64,000 bases of DNA from Clostridiaceae bacterium (GTDB lineage Bacteria; Bacillota; Clostridia; Saccharofermentanales; DTU023), in NCBI GenBank assembly GCA_012838475.1, contig DUPE01000195.1:15748-79747 (forward strand), written 5' to 3'. A program made the position numbers and the translations under genes. Of the stretch, positions 57,342 to 64,000 are shown piece by piece; position 1 is the stretch's first letter, and each line of letters begins with the position of its first letter. The notes under the pieces are model-generated. The model was not told the DNA's origin and searched no databases. It saw only the letters and a program-made list of their open reading frames with translations.

Positions 57342-57438
57342 GCTAACGCTTGTCTTTGCGCAGCATTTTTTTTGCTGTCAATGAGCATAGATTGCAGTTC
57401 ACTGAAAAATTCGTGACTTGCTGGATGGAGGAGTACTG

Positions 57439-57603
57439 ATGGCCAAACCTGGAGCAAGAGAGAGGATCGTATTGGCTTGTGGCGAGTGCAAACAGCGCAA
57501 TTACGACACCAAGAAGAACAAGCTTAACACGACTAACAAGCTTCAATTAAAGAAGTATTGTCGTTTCTGTCGCAAGCATACTGATCATACGGAAACAAAG
57601 TAA
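57439..57603 (+). CDS. rpmG: 50S ribosomal protein L33
   Basis: [22 protein letters not shown]...[15 protein letters not shown] (Zn-ribbon form). GGAGGAG RBS. Confidence 0.9.
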   Translation: MAKPGARERIVLACGECKQRNYDTKKNKLNTTNKLQLKKYCRFCRKHTDHTETK

Positions 57604-57636
57604 AGAGAGCCCAGTTATGGAGCTTATGGAGTAGAT

Positions 57637-58023
57637 ATGGCTGCGAGAAAGAATCAAGACCCTAAGGGCAAGTCCAAGGGACAAGCCAAGGGAAAGAAAA
57701 AGAGGAATATATTTCAACGTATAGCGCATGGTGTCAGCGATATCAAAGCTGAGCTCAAACGCGTAGTTTGGCCGGACAGAAAAAAGCTTAAGCAGAGCAC
57801 AGCCACTGTGTTGGCGATTATTCTGATGTTTACTGTGCTTATCTATGTTTTTGATACGACAATCCGATATGTGTTTACCGCTACCGGCTTCTATTCAGCC
57901 AAAGAGGAAACAGTAACAGAAGAGACCACCGGCACTGAGCCGGAAGAAGCTGCGTTTCTTCCCGCTGCCGCTGTCCATATCTATTTGAGCTCAGATACAG
58001 ACGGAGTTGATTGGGATGCCTGA
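57637..58023 (+). CDS. secE: Preprotein translocase subunit SecE with an acidic C-terminal extension of about 50 aa
   Basis: IKAELKRVVWPDRKKL followed by a single TM helix. The tail overlaps the nusG start. Confidence 0.85.
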   Translation: MAARKNQDPKGKSKGQAKGKKKRNIFQRIAHGVSDIKAELKRVVWPDRKKLKQSTATVLAIILMFTVLIYVFDTTIRYVFTATGFYSAKEETVTEETTGTEPEEAAFLPAAAVHIYLSSDTDGVDWDA

Positions 58024-58549
58024 TAATAACGAAGAAGCACTGTGGTATGTTGTTCACACTTATTCCGGTTATGAAAATAAGGTGAAGTCTACCTTAGACC
58101 AAGTTATTGAGAATCGGGGTATTCAAGATTATATCCAGGAGGTTCTGGTCCCCACAGAGGATGTTGTTGAAGTCAAAGCCGGTAAAAGGCGCACAGTACA
58201 ACGCAAACTATATCCCGGTTATGTTTTGGTTAAGATGATTTTGACCGATGAGGTCTGGTTTATTGTCCGTAATACTCGCGGAGTTACCGGTTTCGTTGGA
58301 CCCAGCAGTACAAATCCTGTACCGCTAACTGATGAAGAACTTATGTTGATGGGTCTTGAATCTAATTGGGAGCCGGTTGTTGATTACGATATCGGTGATT
58401 CAGTCAAGGTTATTAATGGCCCCTTGGAGAGCTTTATCGGGACGGTACAAGAGATAAATCTTGAGAAGAAGAAGGTAACTGTTCTGGTTTCGATGTTTGG
58501 GCGTGAAACCCCTGTCGAACTGGAGTGGACACAGATCCTCAGGATCTGA
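58016..58549 (+). CDS. nusG: Transcription termination/antitermination factor NusG
   Basis: WYVVHTYSGYENKV (NGN domain) and a C-terminal KOW motif (GDSVKVINGPLESFIG). An alternative start is TTG 58007. Confidence 0.9.
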   Translation: MPDNNEEALWYVVHTYSGYENKVKSTLDQVIENRGIQDYIQEVLVPTEDVVEVKAGKRRTVQRKLYPGYVLVKMILTDEVWFIVRNTRGVTGFVGPSSTNPVPLTDEELMLMGLESNWEPVVDYDIGDSVKVINGPLESFIGTVQEINLEKKKVTVLVSMFGRETPVELEWTQILRI

Positions 58550-58666
58550 TAGTTAAGAATGCTAAGGATTGTCTGGTTAGGGCATGATATGATCATATCC
58601 TCACCGGGTAACCAGCAGATAAATATTTTAACGCATTGAAGGCGTTAAGTTTTGGGAGGTGGCCTA

Positions 58667-59101
58667 ATGGCTAAAAAGAAAGTTGCTGCGTACATCAAAT
58701 TACAGATACCCGCAGGTCAAGCGACGCCAGCGCCACCGGTTGGACCAGCCCTTGGACAGCATGGACTAAATATTGCCCAGTTTGTCAAGGAATTTAATGA
58801 ACAGACAGCGAAAGACATTGGACTCGTGATCCCCGTTGTAATCACGGTCTATGCAGACCGCTCCTACTCTTTCATTACTAAAACTCCACCGGTGCCCGTC
58901 CTGCTAAAGAAAGCAGCCAATATTCAACTCGGTTCAGGTGAGCCGCAAAAAGATAAAGTTGCGACAATACCCTGGTCGGAATGCCTGCGTATCGCAGAGA
59001 TCAAAATGGTGGACACGAATGCGTCTTCTCTGGAGTCTTGCGCCCGCATGGTAGCAGGGACTGCCCGGAGCATGGGCATTGTTGTGGACATGGATAAATA
59101 G
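58667..59101 (+). CDS. rplK: 50S ribosomal protein L11
   Basis: [35 protein letters not shown]. Confidence 0.95.
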   Translation: MAKKKVAAYIKLQIPAGQATPAPPVGPALGQHGLNIAQFVKEFNEQTAKDIGLVIPVVITVYADRSYSFITKTPPVPVLLKKAANIQLGSGEPQKDKVATIPWSECLRIAEIKMVDTNASSLESCARMVAGTARSMGIVVDMDK

Positions 59102-59114
59102 GAGGAGTATCAGC

Positions 59115-59816
59115 ATGAAAAAAGGCAAAAAGTATCGTGAAGCTGTTAAGCTTGTTGATCGAGAAAAAATCTACGAGCCTGCTGAGGCTCTGGAACTAGT
59201 GAAGAAAACGGCTACAGCTAATTTTGACGAGACAGTTGAAATACATGTACGCCTGGGTGTCGACTCACGCCACGCCGATCAGCAAGTTCGAGGGGCAGTT
59301 GTCCTGCCGCATGGCACAGGACAGAGCAGGCGAATTCTGGTTTTCGCTAAGGGCGCAAAAGCTGATGAAGCAACTGCGGCAGGTGCTGATTTTGTTGGTG
59401 CCGAAGATTTGGTGGATAAGATCCAGAAGGAGAATTGGTTTGACTTTGACGTTGTTATCGCTACACCTGACCTTATGGGTCTGGTCGGTCGTCTCGGACG
59501 TGTCTTGGGCCCTAAGGGACTCATGCCTAACCCCAAGTCCGGAACAGTGACGATGGATGTAGGCAAAGCAGTCGAGGAAGCAAAAGCCGGTAAGATAGAA
59601 TATCGTCTGGACAAGCAAAATATTATCCACTGCGCTATTGGAAAAGTGTCCTTTGAAGTTGACCAATTGCTGGATAACTATAATACTTTGATGGAAGCTA
59701 TCACTAAGGCAAAACCGGTCGCTTCTAAGGGTCAGTACATTAAGCGCTGTACACTTGCGTCTACTATGGGTCCCGGTATTTATACCACCGGTCGCGCAGG
59801 TACAGCATCGAACTAA
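59115..59816 (+). CDS. rplA: 50S ribosomal protein L1
   Basis: KKGKKYREA...[15 protein letters not shown]...ATPDLMG...[11 protein letters not shown]. Confidence 0.95.
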   Translation: MKKGKKYREAVKLVDREKIYEPAEALELVKKTATANFDETVEIHVRLGVDSRHADQQVRGAVVLPHGTGQSRRILVFAKGAKADEATAAGADFVGAEDLVDKIQKENWFDFDVVIATPDLMGLVGRLGRVLGPKGLMPNPKSGTVTMDVGKAVEEAKAGKIEYRLDKQNIIHCAIGKVSFEVDQLLDNYNTLMEAITKAKPVASKGQYIKRCTLASTMGPGIYTTGRAGTASN

Positions 59817-59829
59817 ACGAAGATGAATG

Positions 59830-60005
59830 GCCGTTATTGCTATTTGCTGAACGAGTCGCTTAGCACCTTCGTTGGATAACTGAATATACTCATCGATGCC
59901 AAAGACAGCAGGAGCCCCAAAGGGTGTAAACAGAAGATGTCCTGCCGAGGCGGAGTCGAATTTTTAATTTGAACCCCTCCGTCTAGCGCGAGGGGTTTTT
60001 CAAAT
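59830..60005 (+). promoter_or_regulatory. Ribosomal protein L10 leader (autoregulatory attenuator) ending in an intrinsic terminator at 59972-60001
   Basis: A 208-nt structured gap lies between rplA and rplJ. The terminator aaCCCCTCcgtctagcgcGAGGGGttttt sits just upstream of the rplJ RBS, as in Firmicute L10 leaders. The covariance model was not run. Confidence 0.55.
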
Positions 60006-60024
60006 ATATATAGGAGGAAAAGAC

Positions 60025-60681
60025 ATGCCCAGTGCCAAGATTCTTGAACAAAAGAAAAAAGTCGTCAAGGAACTTCGTGATGAGCTGAAGGGCGCCAAAT
60101 CCATGGTGTTCACTGACTATATGGGTCTAAATGTGGCTCAGGATACTGAGATGCGTGCAGCTTTCCGCAAGGAAGGGCTGGAGTATCGAGTTATCAAGAA
60201 CACGATCACGACACGAGTCTTTGACGAGATTGGTTTGGAAGATCTTAAGTCGATCCTGGTAGGCCCTACCGCAGTGGCATATAGTTCGGAGGATCCGATA
60301 CTTGCGCCCCGTCTGGTAGTAAAATATCGAGACCAATTTAAGAAGTTTTCACTTAAGGGTGGCGTTATGGATGGCGAGATAATCTCTACTGATGAGATTG
60401 AAGAGCTTGCGAACATTCCTGCCCTGCCGGTATTGCACGGACGTCTGGTTTCAACTTTACTGTTCCCGATTTCTTCTCTGGCCATTACACTCAACATGCT
60501 TGCTGAAAAAGCGCAAGAAGCAGGTGTGGAGACTGTAGCAGAGCTGGTAACAGGTGCTGCAACAGCAGAAGAACCGGAAGCTGAGATCGAAGATCCCGTA
60601 GCCGAAGAAGCAGCGATCGAGACAGAAGAGCCGGAAACTAAGGTCGAAGATCCCGCAGCCGAAGAAAACGCTGCAGAATAA
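60025..60681 (+). CDS. rplJ: 50S ribosomal protein L10 with an acidic C-terminal extension of about 45 aa
   Basis: The L10 core (KKKVVKELRDELKGAKSMVFTDYMGL) is followed by a tail built from a 2 x 57-bp in-frame tandem duplication. Confidence 0.9.
   Translation: MPSAKILEQKKKVVKELRDELKGAKSMVFTDYMGLNVAQDTEMRAAFRKEGLEYRVIKNTITTRVFDEIGLEDLKSILVGPTAVAYSSEDPILAPRLVVKYRDQFKKFSLKGGVMDGEIISTDEIEELANIPALPVLHGRLVSTLLFPISSLAITLNMLAEKAQEAGVETVAELVTGAATAEEPEAEIEDPVAEEAAIETEEPETKVEDPAAEENAAE
60568..60681 (+). repeat. In-frame 57-bp x 2 tandem duplication forming the rplJ C-terminus
   Basis: EEPEAEIEDPVAEEAAIET / EEPETKVEDPAAEENAAE*. The DNA units are 60568-60624 and 60625-60681. Confidence 0.85.
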
Positions 60682-60774
60682 ACTGACTAAGAAACACAGA
60701 GTGAACAACTCTCAGGGTAAATACCCTATGAATTTAAATATTTGCCGTAAGGCTATCTAATTGGAGGTTCTACC

Positions 60775-61158
60775 ATGGCAAGTGAGAAAATCACAAATAT
60801 TTTGGATACCGTTAAGGAATTATCCGTACTTGAACTAAACGAACTGGTTAAAGCTCTCGAAGAAGAGTTTGGCGTCTCAGCCGCAGCTATGGTTGCTGCA
60901 GCACCAGCAGGTGGCGGCGGAGCTGCTGCTGCCGAAGAGGCAGAGCAGACAGAGTTTACTGTCATGCTTAAAAATGCCGGTGCAAGCAAGATTCCCGTTA
61001 TCAAGGTTGTACGCGAGTTAACCGGTCTGGGACTCAAAGAAGCGAAGGCTCTGGTCGATGATGCACCTCAGCCGGTCAAAGAGAACGTCAGCAAAGAAGA
61101 GGCAGATGCAATTGTGGCAAAACTTGAAGAAGCCGGTGCAGAAATAGAAGTCAAATAA
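60775..61158 (+). CDS. rplL: 50S ribosomal protein L7/L12
   Basis: [26 protein letters not shown], an Ala/Gly hinge, and a C-terminal KEAKALVD...EEAGA. Confidence 0.95.
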   Translation: MASEKITNILDTVKELSVLELNELVKALEEEFGVSAAAMVAAAPAGGGGAAAAEEAEQTEFTVMLKNAGASKIPVIKVVRELTGLGLKEAKALVDDAPQPVKENVSKEEADAIVAKLEEAGAEIEVK

Positions 61159-61185
61159 TTATCTATTTGCTTCAAGAAATTAAAG

Positions 61186-61230
61186 AGGGTGTCTCAGGGA
61201 TTCTGATCTGAATCCCTGAGACACCCTTTT
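61186..61230. terminator. Strong Rho-independent terminator after rplL (probably bidirectional)
   Basis: agggtgtctcagggattc-tgatc-tgaatccctgagacaccct followed by tttt. The stem is a perfect match of about 18 bp. Confidence 0.85.
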
Positions 61231-61347
61231 ACTATAGGATCTGTCCAAATGTATAGCTATTAGCACTGAGCATTTGAAGATGGCGGTGGGCAATCAAGGC
61301 GGCAAAAGACATACATCAAGACAAGTCATGAAGCTTGTTACTTCTTA

Positions 61348-62241
61348 TTAAGATTGGGATTCTGCCTTGGCTTTCTTAATATAACGGGAGGCTGTCAAAC
61401 CGGCGATTGCCCCTTCCCCTACTGCAACCGCAACTTGTGCCAGAGCACCGGTACAGTCACCTGCGGCAAAGACACCGGGGAGGTTGGTGGCACCGTCTTT
61501 GTCAGTTTCGATTGCGTTCATGGCGGTTGCAACACCTAGTCCGTTAGCGAGATCAAGTGCAGAAGCTGCTCCTTCGGCAATAAAGATACCTTGAACCGGC
61601 AGGAATTCACCGGAGCTGAAACGAATGCCGCTGACATAATCATCGACGCCTTCGATACGGTTGATGGGATCAATATTAACCGAAATCTTATCATCTAGTT
61701 TCAAGTCGGTTGACAGATCCCGACCGTTAGTAAGAATTGTCACACTTGCAGCGTAGGCCATAAGCTCGTGTGCTTCATGCAAGGCATAATTACCGTTGCC
61801 CAGTACTGCGACATCCCTGCCTCTATAAAAAAAGCCATCACAAATTGCACAATAGCTTAGACCGGATCCTTCGTATTCTTTGACTCCTTCAATAGACGGT
61901 TTCTTTCTGGGCAAGCCTGTAGCCAAAATTAGAGCATAACACTCGATGGTCCCCTCGCTGGTGTTAAGCTGAAAGCCATCGTCAATCATGCCGGCACCGG
62001 TCACTTCAGCGGTTAATATCTCAACTCCCAGTCTCTTAGCCTGGGCAGTGCCGCCTTCAACTAAAGCTTGCCCGCTGACCGGTTCTTCAAAGCCAAAATA
62101 ATTCTCAATCAAGTCAGAGCCTGACAAAGCACCGATATCGCGGCCAACGACCGTCACGTCCAGACCGGAACGGGCAACATAAATTGCTGCTGACAATCCT
62201 GCAGGCCCCTTGCCCACTATTGCACAATCTGTCTTCTTCAT
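61348..62241 (-). CDS. Thioredoxin-reductase-like flavoprotein (low-Mr TrxR fold) with a CAICDG redox motif and atypical pyridine-nucleotide motifs
   Basis: FAD motif IVGKGPAGLSAA, a CxxC (CAICDG), and the C-terminal GVFAAGD. I chose the ATG at 62241 after GAGGT; the ORF is open to 62274. Confidence 0.75.
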   Translation of the reverse strand: MKKTDCAIVGKGPAGLSAAIYVARSGLDVTVVGRDIGALSGSDLIENYFGFEEPVSGQALVEGGTAQAKRLGVEILTAEVTGAGMIDDGFQLNTSEGTIECYALILATGLPRKKPSIEGVKEYEGSGLSYCAICDGFFYRGRDVAVLGNGNYALHEAHELMAYAASVTILTNGRDLSTDLKLDDKISVNIDPINRIEGVDDYVSGIRFSSGEFLPVQGIFIAEGAASALDLANGLGVATAMNAIETDKDGATNLPGVFAAGDCTGALAQVAVAVGEGAIAGLTASRYIKKAKAESQS

Positions 62242-62286
62242 ATTCAACCTCATATTTAACACTTTTTGTATCATAAACAGTATACC

Positions 62287-62604
62287 TCATTCATTGCGCA
62301 GAGCGTCGATAAGGATGAAGCAGAGAGGCTTTTCTGACAGGATGAATCTCTGGAAAAGAGCGACTGAGCCTGAATAGATAGCAACAGTGCTGTCATTCAT
62401 TGCGCAGAGCGTCGATAGGATGAAGCAGAGAGGCTTTTCTGGCAGGATAAATCTCTGGAAAAGACCGACTGAGCCTGAAAAGATAACAACAGTGCTGTCA
62501 TTCATTGCGCAGAGCGTCGATGGGATGAAGCAGAGAGGCTTTCCTGGCAGGATAAATCCCAAAGAACAGACCTACCGAACTGGAAAAAATGAGAGCTACC
62601 AATA
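62287..62604. repeat. 105-106-bp tandem repeat of about 3.2 copies. The innermost copy is the 3' end of the MacB-like permease gene including its stop.
   Basis: Units start at 62287, 62393 and 62498, each beginning tcattcattgcgcagagcgtcgat (the reverse complement encodes IDALRNE*). The distal ~45 bp of each unit matches the upstream coding sequence only degenerately. Confidence 0.9.
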
Positions 62605-63718
62605 TTACTGTAATACCTACTTTAGCCTCAAAACCAAGAAGATTGCCTAGGAGCTCCGAAGTAACCAGCCCTATGACTACACCGATTACGCCCCCGAGAA
62701 AGGTCACAATAACAGACTCAGTCATGAACTGAAACATTATGTCGCCGGTCGTGGCTCCCAGAGCTTTGCGAATGCCGATTTCCTTGGTTCGTTCTGTAAC
62801 TGACACAAGCATAATATTCATAACACCTATGCCTCCGACCAGTAAAGACAAAGCGGCAATAGCGGATATTGCGGTTGTCACTATCCCGATAATGCGATTG
62901 GCCTGATCCAGAAGATCTGTGACATTACGCTTATTGTAAATATTTTTATCGCTGTTATTATGATTTGCCTCCAGCAGACGGATAACTTGATTCCCGGTTT
63001 CTTCTACCATATTGGGGTTATCGGACATTACCAAGATCATGCTGAAATAATCCCTGTCACTAATCAATTCTTGTGCTGCTTGCAAAGGTATATACAAGGT
63101 TATAGGCATCTCTTCACCATTGCCGGTATCAGGAGCCATGGACATAAAGGAGGAGGCCGAAGTTTCAACAACTCCTTCAATAGTAACTGTTTGTCGTCTT
63201 CCTCCGCTGGATATTTCCACGATTTCGCCTACAGGGTCAGAATTACCAACCAGTTTTTCTGCAGAGGTTCTCTCAATCAGAGCGATTGGCTGTCTTGATG
63301 CGAGCTCGGTAGGAGTGAAAGCTCTGCCGGAGATGATATCCATCGAGATGAACTGCGGATAATCTTGATCAACACCATAGAACATCAAGTTGCTTTCCCT
63401 GGTATGTTGGTGGATATAACCAAAGCCGGAAACTGAAGGTGTTACCAAACGCACCGATTCCAGATTCCTCATTTCTTCAATATCTACAACGGTGATCATA
63501 TCCTGCTGCTCGGCCTCGCTTGATCGGGCACTTATTATCACTGAGCTGGTACCAACACCCTCGAACTCATCCATGATTAAGTTTTTAGCGCCATCCCCAA
63601 CCCCCACTATCGCAATAACTGAGCCGATACCAACAATAATTCCTAACATTGTCAACAGTGAGCGCATTTTATTGGCCAGCAAAGACGCCCAGGCCATCTT
63701 CATGCTTTCTCTAAACAT
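62498..63718 (-). CDS. ABC transporter permease, MacB/FtsX-type
   Basis: 406 aa with an N-terminal TM helix, a large periplasmic-type domain and a C-terminal FtsX 4-helix bundle (EIGIRKALGAT). Confidence 0.85.
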   Translation of the reverse strand: MFRESMKMAWASLLANKMRSLLTMLGIIVGIGSVIAIVGVGDGAKNLIMDEFEGVGTSSVIISARSSEAEQQDMITVVDIEEMRNLESVRLVTPSVSGFGYIHQHTRESNLMFYGVDQDYPQFISMDIISGRAFTPTELASRQPIALIERTSAEKLVGNSDPVGEIVEISSGGRRQTVTIEGVVETSASSFMSMAPDTGNGEEMPITLYIPLQAAQELISDRDYFSMILVMSDNPNMVEETGNQVIRLLEANHNNSDKNIYNKRNVTDLLDQANRIIGIVTTAISAIAALSLLVGGIGVMNIMLVSVTERTKEIGIRKALGATTGDIMFQFMTESVIVTFLGGVIGVVIGLVTSELLGNLLGFEAKVGITVILVALIFSSSVGLFFGIYPARKASLLHPIDALRNE

Positions 63719-64000
63719 GATTCACCTCAGTAATTGCAGGCGCTCCAAAACGAGTGTCGACTCCCACATCCGCATGTCTCGACATCTGTTCTTCAGATAA
63801 TCTGCCGTCACGAATAAGGATCAGACGGCTTGCATACTCAGCGATATCCCGTTCGTGAGTAATCAATACAACCGTGGTTCCCCTCTCATTGAACGCGGAA
63901 ATCAATTTCATAATTTCTGAACTTGCCTGAGAATCAATATTGCCCGTAGGCTCATCAGCCAGAATCAAGGCAGGTGAAGATACGAGGGCACGCGCGATAG
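63711..64000 (-). CDS. ABC transporter ATP-binding protein (MacB-type); C-terminal part, gene continues beyond the window
   Basis: ...IARALVSSPALILADEPTGNID...VLITHE (Walker B, D-loop, H-loop). The frame is open to the window edge. It overlaps the permease start by 8 nt. Confidence 0.85.
   Translation of the reverse strand, partial: IARALVSSPALILADEPTGNIDSQASSEIMKLISAFNERGTTVVLITHERDIAEYASRLILIRDGRLSEEQMSRHADVGVDTRFGAPAITEVNHV

Noticed and set aside
58628-58655. The hairpin ttaacgc-attgaag-gcgttaa followed by gtttt between nusG and rplK, considered as a terminator or L11-operon leader.
   Set aside because: The 7-bp AT-rich stem is marginal and sits immediately before the rplK RBS. I could not distinguish a leader structure from chance.
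62287-62562. 91-aa - strand ORF downstream of the permease gene.
   Set aside because: It is produced purely by reading through the three copies of the 105-bp tandem repeat in a shifted frame (the internal peptide repeat ILSTLCAMNDSTV). It is not an independent gene.
62287-62604. I considered whether the tandem arrays (this one, 21990-22170 and 43155-43366) might be CRISPR arrays.
   Set aside because: The units are contiguous, with no unique spacers between conserved repeats. There are only 2-4 copies and no cas genes in the window. Several arrays are simply copies of adjacent coding sequence.

Overview
This is a 64-kb chromosomal core region from a Bacillota (Clostridia-like) anaerobe with about 47-48% GC. 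Almost all genes are on the + strand. I saw no rRNA, tRNA, CRISPR array, transposase, integrase or phage gene. Gene order along the window:
- A partial CofE-like ORF and an SDR oxidoreductase.
- A WalR/WalK-like two-component operon that carries a murA paralog and a YycJ/WalJ-like MBL hydrolase.
- An HxxxD acyltransferase-membrane fusion, a heterodimeric ABC exporter and an SPFH protein.
- A second murA, then rlmH, a glmU-like gene, pth and mfd.
- A GDPD phosphodiesterase (- strand), maf and a CDF transporter.
- ctsR-mcsA-mcsB-clpC, with a recognisable promoter and CtsR box.
- A divergent pair: a Zn-ribbon membrane protein and a PlsC-like acyltransferase.
- A nine-gene V-type ATPase operon in Enterococcus hirae ntpFIKECGABD order.
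- An aminotransferase, then arcA and arcC followed directly by the full oxidative ornithine pathway (ord-ortA fusion, ortB, oraS, oraE, glmL-like, orr) and alr.
- hisE and nadE, then rpmG-secE-nusG-rplK-rplA-(L10 leader)-rplJ-rplL.
- A convergent trxB-like gene and a MacB-type ABC permease/ATPase pair.

Observations most worth a second look:
1. There is an unusually high density of unrelated short tandem duplications (35-106 bp units, 2-4.4 copies). They fill most intergenic spacers, and several re-copy the 3' end and stop codon of the upstream gene (mfd, murA2, alr, the MacB-like permease). One is in frame and extends rplJ.
2. The window holds a contiguous arginine/ornithine fermentation supercluster with an Ord-OrtA fusion but no arcB or arcD.
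3. A murA gene sits inside the walRK operon.
4. The syntenic GlmU-like protein has diverged at the active-site motifs of both domains.
5. An uncharacterised acyltransferase/ABC/SPFH cluster is present.

All functional calls come from reading motifs by eye and recalling families. No database search was run.
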